DNA of 64,000 nt from Atractiella rhizophila (Eukaryota), in the NCBI GenBank assembly GCA_021432655.1, contig MU271230.1:1-64000 (forward strand), written 5' to 3'. Shown here piece after piece: positions 25,876 through 37,116 of this stretch. Positions within the stretch are counted from its first letter, which is position 1. The number at the start of each line of letters is the position of its first letter. Both the position numbers and the translations under genes were made by a program. The notes under the pieces were generated by a model that was given only the letters and a program-made list of their open reading frames with translations, was not told the origin of the DNA and searched no databases.

Positions 25876-27465
25876 ATGGCACTTGTCCATGTTATCACCA
25901 CAGAGCATTCTCCCGATTCCATGCACCTCTCCATTCTTCCCTCTCTCCTGTCTCGCCTACCTCCGTCAATCAACATGCTCCGGATTTCGCTTATCATATC
26001 TCGATCATGGAGGACGCGGGACCTTGCAAGGCCGTCATCAAAATTGTCTTATTTATCACTTGAACGGGTCGAGGATGCGGTCGACAAGGATGGTGCAATC
26101 AACGTTTGCATTACCATCAACACCGAAAATGTCTCAGTAACCGTTTTGGCTGTTGAAGGGCATACCTCGTCTGTCGAAAGAGACGTCAAATCGAAGATCA
26201 ACCCGCTTGCTTTTTATGGCGATCGCACATTTCCTTTCGTTCGCGAGAATGCCATATTCGCCCCCATAGCCTCATACTCCGAACAAGAAGGCTTCACCCC
26301 CATCAGTGACGACGAATCGTCAACCCTCCCATCCCTCCCGACAGCGAGCATCATCCAACTCTCTGTCCCACCTCCAGATGCTATTCGACCCTCCATCTCA
26401 GGCTTGCCTGTGGAACTCCTCTCTCTGATATTCAGTTTCTCTGATAGCATTTACATTGTCGCTGATGTGTGTGGTCTCTGGAGGGAAGTTTCAGCTCCTT
26501 ATTGGGGCGAACCTGATTCTTTGGTGCAAAAGTACGAGCTGTTGAAACGCTATCCTGGTGCTGGACGACTGTGGAACGAACTGAGGATTAACAAAAGCAT
26601 AGATGTTGAGATGGTGAAAGAGGTCATCGCAGGCTCCCCGAATGTCACGAGGGTGTGGGTGGATATGTTTTGGAATGAAGAGGAGGCAAGGATTGTGTTG
26701 AATGCAATCGAAAGCTTGAATCAGGTGAATGATGTCAGGTTTGGACGAGGATCGAGAAAGTGGAGGAAGGATGAGATTGAGGACTTTATGCGGAGGATGG
26801 GCGACAGGATTAGACTATTCCGAGTTTACGATGTGGAGTCTGCCGCTTCAGCCACAGCAGGTCTTCACCTATCCTCTCACCTCGAACACCTAAACCTCTA
26901 CAAATACCCACCTCTGTCATCGCTGTTCCTCCCATGCACCCTCCAGTACCTATCTCTCTCCAATCTATGTCCACTCCCTTCCTCCATCTTAGACTACCCT
27001 CTGCCGCCTCTTCTGGAACGTCTCAAGATTGAGTTGGCCCCCTTCCCCACTGGCTTGAAGATTTCCATCCTACCCACTCCACTCGACTTCACACACCTCA
27101 CACACCTCACCGAGCTGATCCTTGATGGGGGTGAAGAAACGTCAAACCTCATTCCTCGCCACTTCTTTAGCACCCTCCAAAATGCAACGTCGATTAAGGA
27201 GATAACAGTCAAGTACTGCGTGGTGTACTCGCTCGACTTCCCAGACTTCATCCGCTGGTTCTTTGGGAATTGGCAGATGAGGAGAGTTGAGAAGAGGGAT
27301 CCCGTTGTTCGAGAGGAGATAGGGTGGCATCTTGAGGTTTGTTTATTCTTTGGTGAGTGGATGGAGGAGGAGATGGTTATTGCGAGGAGTACAATGAAAG
27401 CGTACAAAATGAGCAAGGACTCAGGAGTTTGGGATGCTGAGAAGGTGGTGGAATGGTGGCCGTGA
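25876..27465 (+). CDS. F3: F-box-like + LRR-like protein
   Basis: Open frame with F-box GLPVELLSLIFSF. The ancestral start at 25821 is now TTG followed by TAG; the next in-frame ATG (MALVHVIT) keeps all conserved sequence. Confidence 0.78.
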   Translation: MALVHVITTEHSPDSMHLSILPSLLSRLPPSINMLRISLIISRSWRTRDLARPSSKLSYLSLERVEDAVDKDGAINVCITINTENVSVTVLAVEGHTSSVERDVKSKINPLAFYGDRTFPFVRENAIFAPIASYSEQEGFTPISDDESSTLPSLPTASIIQLSVPPPDAIRPSISGLPVELLSLIFSFSDSIYIVADVCGLWREVSAPYWGEPDSLVQKYELLKRYPGAGRLWNELRINKSIDVEMVKEVIAGSPNVTRVWVDMFWNEEEARIVLNAIESLNQVNDVRFGRGSRKWRKDEIEDFMRRMGDRIRLFRVYDVESAASATAGLHLSSHLEHLNLYKYPPLSSLFLPCTLQYLSLSNLCPLPSSILDYPLPPLLERLKIELAPFPTGLKISILPTPLDFTHLTHLTELILDGGEETSNLIPRHFFSTLQNATSIKEITVKYCVVYSLDFPDFIRWFFGNWQMRRVEKRDPVVREEIGWHLEVCLFFGEWMEEEMVIARSTMKAYKMSKDSGVWDAEKVVEWWP

Positions 27466-28224
27466 ATGACAGAGTTCACGAGGGGACTTTTGCAATCATT
27501 TCACTAGCCAGGCAAATGCCTAGATTACAATTGGGAGGATACCACTAAGGCAGCCCGACGTTCAAACAATTGTTAACTAACTTGTTGACAAAATGTACAA
27601 TAAAGGCCTTTCGCTGAGAGGAAGTCCTTTGGACTGTGAATAATACGATCTACAGGAGAAAGCAAAAGAAGCTCTCATAAGTCCAGTCAAGTCCAAAGCT
27701 GGCCATTTAGCTCCGCCTTCAGCGCATTGGAGATGAACTCATTCACACTCAGCTCAGAACTTCGAATTCAAACCCTCCTCCGGTGACTTCCTCAACACAT
27801 CCTCCCAATCCCCAATACCTTCAGCGCCTTCATCTCTTCCACCCTATTTTCCTTCCCCTCGCCTCCATCCACGCCGCTAGGATCAAATGGTTGAGGGGCA
27901 GGATATAACGCAATACACCAATCCCCCACAACTTTTGAGCATCTCTTTCTTTTTGACGGAACAAGTGCCTTTGGAGAACTCTAAATCCGCTTCTGCAAGC
28001 CTGAATGGAACGGTTGTTGATAAAGCTGCTAGACTAGGAGATGCAAAAGAGTGGGGATGCTAGATGTCATTGGAGAGGATGAAAGGGGAGAATGGGAGAG
28101 GAGGGATGGTCCGCAGCGGTGGCTGCTCTACTTCATCTGCATCTGTAGGCAATTGTCAATCCAAGCTTCTGAATGGTAGCACATAAAATACCATCGTAAA
28201 GAACGAAAGGAGGCAGGTGTCTCT

Positions 28225-28380
28225 CTGAGGCAGACACTCCACCACAGTGGTCTTTCCGATTCCAGATTCCCATGACACCAGATTATTCATTGCGCTCCTA
28301 CACAAAATCCTAACCACCATCCCTTCTAAGGCCTTCATCCAGCATTACCTCCGCCACAAGCAAGGCAGTTCGCCGCATTC
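28225..28380 (-). pseudogene. HSP104: Second Hsp104/ClpB NBD1 fragment
   Basis: ORF track peptide VVRILCRSAMNNLVSWESGIGKTTVVECLPQR (degenerate Walker A); paralogous to 14384-14560. Confidence 0.72.
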
Positions 28381-28799
28381 TTATTGACAGTATCAAACCC
28401 ATCCTCCGCCGTCTTCTTCCAGCTTTCGACACCTTACCCTCTCTGGCCTCTAGTCACATGTGGGGAGCATGCAGTGCTCTGTGTTGTTGCAAGTCGCTTG
28501 AGAGAAAGGTGCGGCGTGTGGAGGAGAATGGCGACAGAAGACGCCCTTAAGAGTTGGTGCGGCGCTGGAGTCAGGCGTACAATGCGGGGAAGGAGCTCGA
28601 AGGAGAGAAATAGGGTAGCCGGAGGAAGGTCAGGGGGGAGGATGTGGAGACGAATGGAGCGGCTAACTCGTAACTTACGGCACAAATGATCGATTACATC
28701 ACTCACCTTGAAGTCACGGTTGAGTGCTAAACGACGGTATCGGGATACGGTACGGGCTGTTCTTCAACGGCACTCCGTTCTCCCTTCTCCTCTTTCTTT

Positions 28800-30440
28800 C
28801 ACTGCGTGACAACTTTGTCCACCATCCTCTCCAACAACATGCCCCTCGACCGTCCCCACCGCAACTTGTTCCTTCGCCGTTGTTCTCCTCATCTCCTTAC
28901 AAACCATACTCTTCTTCAGCCACTCCCTCCTCGCGATCCCAAACCACTCTCACCCGCCCCAGTACGAATCGCTCTTCAATTCCTCATCCGACCATCCACC
29001 TCTCCACTCAAATTAGATCTCCTTCTCCGTCTTCGCTGTCGCCTTCGCTTTCGCTCTGACGTACCTCCACCCAACGTACCGCGCAGGCTCCCAACTCGCG
29101 TTTGACGCGGATCTACTCGCGCCGCATAAGAGCCAATACGATCTCATTTCTCCCTTTCTCTCGCCTTCATCCTCCTTCCGATTTATCAGGGTAGCGTAGC
29201 TTAGCTGGAGTCCTCGGACGGGTTTGTTCGGAGAATGGCAGAAGGAGGATAAGAGGGGTAGGAGAGGGAGATAGATGGTGAAGCTCGCGGGCGTGAGAGA
29301 GGTGCCACGGGGAGAGGATTTGTTGGAGGGGCATGCATATCCTGACGATGAGAGGGGGTGAGCACGGTAGGGGAGCAAGCGGTGGAGAGGGGTTGTAAAC
29401 GCGTCCACGAACTACCACTTCTCCTTCTCTGCTCTTCGGCCAGCTGGACATCGCATAACCACTTAGCGGGTTCTCTGCAAGAATTAGCATGGATGTCATT
29501 CCCCCCCTCAACGGTCCCCTACATCCAAATCCTGCCCCTCCCCTTCCCTCTGCCTCCTTCCTCTTCGACAACGTGGCGAGGAAGGTGTCGAGCGGCCGAT
29601 CTTTTGCCGTCGCTATCCACCTCTGCCACTTCCCTGTCCAGCCCGCTGGAACCAATCGGAGATATATGGAGAAGGAGCACGATTCCCCATTCTCTAATGC
29701 CTTGTTAGGAGTGGGGACGAGCAAGATTCGGGAATGGAGGAGGAGGAGAAAAGGATGGGAAGAGGTCTGGGAGTGGAGATAGAGAGCTGGCATAGAGGAA
29801 GAGGAAATGAAGGAGGAGGATGAGGAAGGGTTGAAGTAGGTCTGGAGGAGGGAATGCAGCCGAGAAGGGAGGTAACGTGGAGAAAACCGGTGCAGCAGCG
29901 TTGCTGCTTCTTTCGGAACGAGGACTACTGGTGAAGAAGATGAGATGAGGGTTGCTGGTTACCGAATGCGGAATAGAGAGGGCTAACCGGGAAGGTAGCG
30001 CTAAGCGCCATGTTCTCCGTCTTCCCTACTTTCACACACTATCCACAATGCTGATTCCCTGCGATGCGACGGAGCGGGACACAGGACGCGTTGCTGTTGA
30101 AGCTTTCCTTATCCAAAGCAGAACGACTCGCAGAAGCAGTGCTGACTACCCATCAGAATGTTCACATCTGTGGTAAAGTGAGATCATTAAAAGACGACTG
30201 GCTGTACACTTCCTTGCCTAAGACAACGTGAGATTGACGATGGTGGCTACACTTAGACTGCGGACAACTGGCGATTCGAAAGACGAAGCACCTTGCTGAC
30301 CTTCACATTCCAAGCGTCGCTTGTATATCATTGTATATCGATGCAAAAACAGTCCAATGCGTCAACGATCCTATCAGAACTCGGACTTCCCTACCACGCT
30401 AGGTTGAGTGCCGTGTAATGGCTTCATCATGGTTGCTGTG
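28800..30440 (-). pseudogene. Gene X copy 4 (same subtype as copy 2)
   Basis: Remnants LDTFLATLSKRK, GGMTSMLILAENP, TTPLHR..SSSGYA; shares its left junction with copy 2. Confidence 0.5.
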
Positions 30441-31480
30441 GGGGAATTGCACCTATTACTTCCGAACAGCCACTTCATCGGACCTTGCTCCTCTACTTCC
30501 ACTAACGTCCACCCTCTGAGGCGGAAACAGACCTGCCTGAGTCTCCTTTCGAGTTTTCTTGATCACTCGCTTAAGAGAGTGAAGAAGGAAGTGTGGGAAT
30601 GAGAACGATGAAAATATCCGTCTTAGCATTGTGGTACTGGAGTTCGGATGTGAATGAAGGAAGGATGAGGGATGGAATGAGGGCACGGAAGTGATGGGTG
30701 GCGCCAGTAAAGAAGTGGCGAGTGATAGAGCGGCTGATGGGGAACAGAAGAGGAGAAAGGGAACAGTGAAGGAAGGACAGCTCGCCGGATGTCATTCTTG
30801 ACTGCTTACACACTTCGCTCACAATGAGAGTACGACAAGGTCGACACATACTTCGAACGACTCTGAGTTTCTGAGCTCTCTCTCTCAGTCTTCCGTAAGT
30901 CACCTATCCGCGAAGGAATGATGGCAGCGTTTGTCACCATGTAACCCGCCTCCCCGGTCGATTTACTCGACTAGTTTTTGCAGAGAAAAAAGGGGGAGGA
31001 GTATCAAACTATTAATTTACGGGTGCAGGTACGGACGCCTGCCCTCAAAAGACCATTCATTATTTTGATTTCCCACTTGTTTAGCAGGGACGTCTAACAA
31101 CGTCCGATCCCCACATGCTCTGCTTGAATCCCATCGTTCATTCACAGAGGTTAATTCTACACGACCTCCTCCTTCAGTCCGAGTTCTCCGCATCAATAAA
31201 GGCATACAACACACATCCGTTCCCCCAACAACAGCGCGAGGAATTGCTTTTCTAGGTCGTCTCACAGCTCACAGTTTCGGACTCGAGAACTCATTGCAAC
31301 TTTTTGTCGATCTTGGTCAAAATTTCGATCCTGTCAGGATGGGAATGAAAATAGGATGGGCAAGGATGAGGGTGGCGCCTGCTGATGATTCGACCTACGC
31401 GTGATTTCATCTCCACCTTTGATATTCTTTTTCTTCCTAACATGGGTCATGGGTCCCAGTCTGCTATCTCTTCTCAAATG

Positions 31481-33132
31481 ATGATGGAACGGCAAACATC
31501 TAGCGCACGCCAGGGCTCTCGGGCACCAGACTCAACGGCACTTATCCATGTCATCACCCCAGGCTACAGGTCGTCGATCCACGTGTCCATTCTTCCCTCT
31601 TTTCTATCCCGCCTACCTCTGTCAATTCACACGCTCCAGGTTTCGTGTACCTTACCTCGTCCATTCAACGAGCACTGGAAGCCTGGACAGGTGTCCTCAA
31701 AATTGTCTTATTGTCACTTGAACGGGTTGAAAATGCCGTCGACAAGGATGGTGTAATCAACCTTCACATTACCGTCAACCATGAAAATGCCACCGTAACC
31801 TTTTTGGAGGTCGAAGGGCATGCGCCGACTGTCGAAGAAGATGCCAAATCAGATGTCGACTCGCTTGCATCAGATGGCGATCCATATACTCACACATTTC
31901 ATTTCTTTCGCGAGAATGCCATATTCGCCCCCATTGCCTCGTACTCCGAAGATGAAGAGCGCTTCGTCCCAATCGGTGAGGACGAATCGTCATCCCTCGA
32001 ATCCCTGTCGATAGGTAGCATCATCCAACTCTCTGTCCCGCCTCTAGATGTTATTCCAAGCACCATCTCAGACTTGCCCATCGAGCTCCTCTGTCTCATA
32101 TTTAGTTTCTCCGACGATGCTTCCACTGTTTCTGACGTTTGCAAGCTCTGGAGGGATGTTTCAGCTCCTTACTGGGGCGAACTTGATTCTGTGGCGGGAA
32201 AATACTCCCGGTTGAAATGCTATCCTCGCGCTGGACGGCTGTGGAACAAACTGAGGTTTGATAAAAGCATGGATGTTGGGATGGTGAAGGAGGTCATTGC
32301 AGGCTCGCCGAATGTCAAGAAGGTGTGAATGCATCCATTTTGGAATGAAGAGGAGGCGAAGATTGTGTTGAATGCAATCCCAGGCTTGAAACGGATGGAT
32401 GACGTCACGTTTGCACGGTGGGGTTCGAGAAAGTGGAGGAAGGAGGAGATCGAGAACTTCATGCGGAGGATGGGTGACAGGATCAGATGGCTCGAGGTTT
32501 ACGATGTGGAAGAATTCGCCCCTTCAGCCTCAGAGGGCCTCCACTTATCCTGTGACCTCGAATACCTATTCCTTTGCAAGTACCCACCTCTGCCATCGCT
32601 CTCTGAGTCCCTCCCACGCACCCTCAAGTACCTCAAACTCTCCAATATGTGTCCACTCCCTCCCTCCATCTCAGACTACCCTCTGCCGCCTCTTCTCTAT
32701 GGCCTCACAGTCGAGCTCGCCCCCTTCTCTGCCGATGAAAAGACCTCCATCCTACCTACTCCGCTCGACTTATCGCACCTCACACACCTCACCGAGCTGA
32801 TCCTCGACGGGGGCGAAGAAACGTCAAACCTCATTCCTCGCCACTTCTTCAGCACCCTCCAAAATGCAACGTCAATTGAGGAGATAACAGTCGAGTACTG
32901 CGTGGTGGACTGGTCCGACTTCCCAGATTTCATCCGGTGGTTCTTTGGAGATTGGCGGGTGAGGGGCATCGAGCAGGGGCATCGGGCTAGCGGAAATGGG
33001 ATAGGGTGGTTTCTTCATGTTGGTTTATTCTTTGGAGAGTGGCTTGAGGAGGATCTCGCCTCTGCAAGGAAGATGATAGGGAAGTACGAAGTACTCCTCA
33101 AGTCAAATGTTTCAGAGTCTGGGGAGAAGTAG
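31481..33132 (+). pseudogene. F4: F-box/LRR-like pseudogene
   Basis: 1-nt deletion near 31712 and an in-frame TGA at 32326-32328 (TGG in F3/F5/F6); otherwise collinear with the paralogs. Confidence 0.85.
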
Positions 33133-34298
33133 TAGTGGTACAAGGTATTGTTCCATTCAGGCTCCAAATATGATGCGGCTCCAGACTCTCACATCACTCT
33201 CAGTTGCGCGAGCAAACGGAAAAGCGCTCACGAAGGACACTCGTAGTCCGACGGCTGTTAAGTGTGAACAACACCTGTGACACAAGGGAAGGAAAATAGC
33301 ATCCGCTTCCCCCTCTTGATGGTTGGAAAATCTTGTGGTTCCTTACAAGTTGTCTTACGTCTGGGTTGAAGAAGAACGATTGAGAACAGAAAGCTGCCTA
33401 CAGCAGGAACCAAGCTGATTCAGTTTTCTCTCTTCCCCACTGCGGAAGAACCGCTCTCATGCAAGCTTCGTCAAAGCTTCCTTGCTGAAATAGCGACGTG
33501 ACGAACAGCAGCTCAGTCGGAGATATCACCGCCATTCAGATTGAGCCGTGCGTTGACTTGAGATGAATAAAGCTTCCATGCTTTCCGCTTGCATATTACC
33601 TGGATATGCACATGTGAACACTGTCCTTGATTAAAACGGAGCACGACATCTTCTGTGACAGCATTTCGGTGTAAAGCATATAATGGACTCGATGTGCATA
33701 GTTGCATACAGACGCAACCTGTCCCCGAGCCTCACAACTCACTCTTCTTCTTGGTGGTTTTATCAATGACCTCCACCGTAAGACCTTCACGAAAACAACC
33801 CCATTAACCCCAATCCTACTAACTCCATAAACTCGAGGGAAGCTCTACTTGCGTTTCTCTGCCTCCTCAGCAGCAGCAAACACGGGAGTGTAAGGTATTT
33901 CGAGCATCGGATCTTGGGCTTGGTGACTGGCGGAATCGAGGGCTTTGGATTTCTTGCTGGTGGAGGCGACTGAGGGTCGTCGTTTGCGTGGGGATATGTG
34001 CGCTTTATGCGAGTGGCTACATTGTGGTATTAGCGGTTGTATGTGTAGGCGAGGGGGAGGGAAGGACCTTTGGCATCCTTTCGTTGAGCAATTCGACGAG
34101 CGTGTGCTGGAGATTGCTATACGCACAAAATGGCAAACGCGAACTGCTTAATCAGTTTAATTCCCCTTCGTCACCAATCTGATGTCACTACCAAGCTCAC
34201 AAGAGAGCAGAAGCCTTCCGAGGCTAACTTGAGTTCCCACTGGCATAATCTTCAAAAGGGTATGCACCCTAGTGTCTACTCCTCCTGATTATTCCATT

Positions 34299-34521
34299 TG
34301 TTGGAGATCCGTGGATGTCACTTGTTTGTTCTATTTGCATTGCGTTCCGGATGCCGTGCCAAACATGTGCACTTCACCGCTAGTCCGGAATTATAAGTAT
34401 GCTTGATGTGTTTTCTTTCCTTTTCTTTCTCCCCAATCACATATTCGTTTATATCATTTGCACTCACTCATAAGTGATTGGGGATTGTTAGTGCAAAGTG
34501 GTAGAAAGCACATTTCTCACT
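34299..34521 (+). repeat. 5' LTR of Copia-2
   Basis: Direct repeat of 48282-48504; ends TG...CT. Confidence 0.92.
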
Positions 34522-34533
34522 TGGTAGCGAGAG
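34522..34533 (+). promoter_or_regulatory. PBS complementary to a tRNA 3' end (probably tRNA-iMet)
   Basis: TGGTAGC directly after the LTR, as in Ty1-type PBS sequences. Confidence 0.75.
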
Positions 34534-34563
34534 GTGATCGATCTGCTAAACGTCCATACGGAA

Positions 34564-36130
34564 ATGGCTACGGAAGGAAGTACCACGCCCACGGGTGCCA
34601 CCTCTGGAAGACAGGACCCTTTCAACACACCCCAGGAACCAAGGACGCACCTCCACTCTTCGGTTCAACATTCACAGTGCCCTACTCCGTTTCCTCATCG
34701 GCAAAAGTCGCTTCACAGATCACTATGCCTACAGCTTCAGTACAAACCATCGTCGCAAACGAGAAAATCCCTCCTCTCATGCTGCAAAACTCCACACGCT
34801 TCTTCAGATCTCTAAAGTCTATCCTCGATGCAAACAACGTTGGGATACTATTGGACGGTATCGTGACCGAACCGATAAGCCCATTGTCAGCAGAAGGGTT
34901 GACAGTGACCCAAATGCAAGAAAACATGGCAAAAGGAATAACGTCGAAGACAAAGACTCCTTCCGACGAGGAGAACACTGAGTTTATTCGCGCACTTTCG
35001 AATTGGAGGAGGATGGCCGCTGTGGCTATGATGATACTCAAGCAGTCTGTGGGAGAGACAGCGAGAGCATTCATTGAGGACCAAGTGGATCCCATCAAGG
35101 CCGTGAAGATCCTTAAGGACAAATACGAAACAAAAGAATACACAGATACAGCGTACCTCCTTCGACAATTCTCAAATTACACCCACGAATCGAGCAAACT
35201 TCCTCTGACCGAGTGGATCGCGAAGCTGCACGAGAGAAGGAGGATCTTCAACGAGTCTCAAGATGACCTTACGATCAACGACACTTTACTCTCCTACACC
35301 CTTGTTAACGGATTGAAGGACGAAACTAGAAGATGGCTGTCGTCCACAGGGGTGAACCCAGCAGACTTAGCGTCTGTCATCCATAGGCTTACAGCGGAGG
35401 AAATAGCCCTGAAGAACAGGGAGGAGGGAAGGATGGGCGAAAAATCGAACGTTGCTCTCCTCGCAAGGATGGGAAAGAACAAGGGATTTGGAAACCTCCC
35501 GTCGAGTGATCTTGCGTCAAGGATTTCCAGCCAGTCCTCCAGCTCCAGTTCAACGTCTACGGCGGTCGATCGTGGGGAGAATAAAAAGAGGACGGAACGA
35601 TCACAACGCCCTCTTTTAAATCGATGGCTCCGAACGCGAGATCCATCAAAAACTGGGGAAATTGGCCTCACGGAACCACCGAGAGAGGACAGTTTAGACT
35701 GGGTCCTCGCCAGTGTTACCATTGCGGAAGAGAGGGACACTATGGCCGGAACTGTAGCCTCGATCGAAAACAGCAAATGGCATCTCTTGCAGCAATCTTC
35801 AAGAAATACGACATTCATCTCCCACGACAAGAAGCAGCTGCATTCATTGCCACGGTTGCGGATGAACAGCACGCGAATCCAATCCGCACGTCTGATACAG
35901 ACCCATCGACTGGAAGACCATACTCTGAGCAACCAGGAGTGGTCTCTGAGCATGAAGCAGTGGATGGGGCATACTTCGTAGGAGTAGATGAAGACAGTGG
36001 CTTAGAGCAGAGTTTGGGGCTTATATGGTGTCCTTGGACGAAGGAGGGTCGTACTCGCTGGAGGAGGAAGACGAAAGTCAAGAGAAGGAGGGCATAGTTC
36101 TGATAACGGAAACAGAAGAAGAGAGCTCAA
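34564..36130 (+). pseudogene. Copia-2 gag (frameshifted)
   Basis: Copia gag-like ORF 34458-35981; CCHC knuckle CYHCGREGHYGRNC in a shifted frame. Confidence 0.85.
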
Positions 36131-36582
36131 TGTCAGGCTTGCCCCTACGCATTATCGAAACGTACCATTTGAAGTCACGTGACCTATTTCATCACGTCGA
36201 AGGATCACGTGCCTCCCCATCGCCGCTTTGCTCACATTCGCGCTGATCGCCGCTTTCCCTATCTTACACGAATCGCCGCTCAGCAAACCTTATACATTTC
36301 GCCGGTCTGCACCGTCTCTATTCTTGCTTTATTGTCCTTTCTCACCTGTACTGCTCAGTATGCCTTATTTCCGAGTATTCCCTTTATTACTTTCCTGATC
36401 TAGCTATCTTACGCGTTTCAAGCAACGTATGTTACAGTTTATGGCAGTGCCTTTACTTATGTATATATACATCAAGATGTAGTGGTGGTGACCTCAGAGT
36501 ATTCTCTTAGGTTTACCTCCACTACAGGTTAGTCTTCTCATGCCATACTATTCTCTTAGGTTTACCTCCACTACAGACGCAT
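36131..36582 (+). repeat. Older, 3'-truncated LTR of the chromovirus family
   Basis: Starts TGTCAGGC after TSD CTCAA; more diverged than the LTR pair; stops at ...GACGCAT where the next LTR begins. Confidence 0.9.
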
Positions 36583-37074
36583 TGTCAGGCTTGCCCCTAC
36601 GCATTACCGAAATGTCCCATTCGGAGTCACGTGACCTACTTCAGTACATCGTAGGATCAAGTGCCTACACGTCGCCGCTTTGCGCACGTTCGCGCTGACC
36701 GCCGCCTTCTCCCATCTCACTCGAATCGCCGCTCAGCAAACCTTATAAATTTCGCCGGTCTGCACCGTCGCCATTATTGCCTTGTTATCTTTTCTCACTT
36801 GTTCCGCTCAGTATATCTTATTTCCGAGTATTCCCTTTTTTGCTTTCCTGATCTAGCTATCTTACATGTTTCAAGAAACTTATGTTACAGTTTATGGCAG
36901 TGCCTTGGCATATGTATATATACATCGAGATGTAGTGGTGGTGACCTCAGAGTATTCTCTTAGGTTTACCTCCACTACAGGTTAGTCTTCTCATGCTATA
37001 CGATTCACTTAGGTTTACCTCCACTACAGACGCATCGCCTATCGGCGACCGCACATAGTGTCAGCCCTAACAGA

Positions 37075-37084
37075 AGAATACTCT
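37075..37084 (+). promoter_or_regulatory. Putative self-priming PBS (Tf1/sushi type)
   Basis: AGAATACTCT is the reverse complement of AGAGTATTCT (36949-36958), which lies 34 nt downstream of TATATATA in the LTR; there is no TGG tRNA-type PBS. Confidence 0.65.
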
Positions 37085-37116
37085 CCTTACCTTTTCAGAA
37101 CAGCAAAACTTAAAAA

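Noticed and set aside
36661..36963. Repeated ORF MPTRRRFAHVRADRR... (also at 5275 and 44237)
   Set aside because: Lies inside LTRs, starts at GTG, and its length is not conserved between copies.
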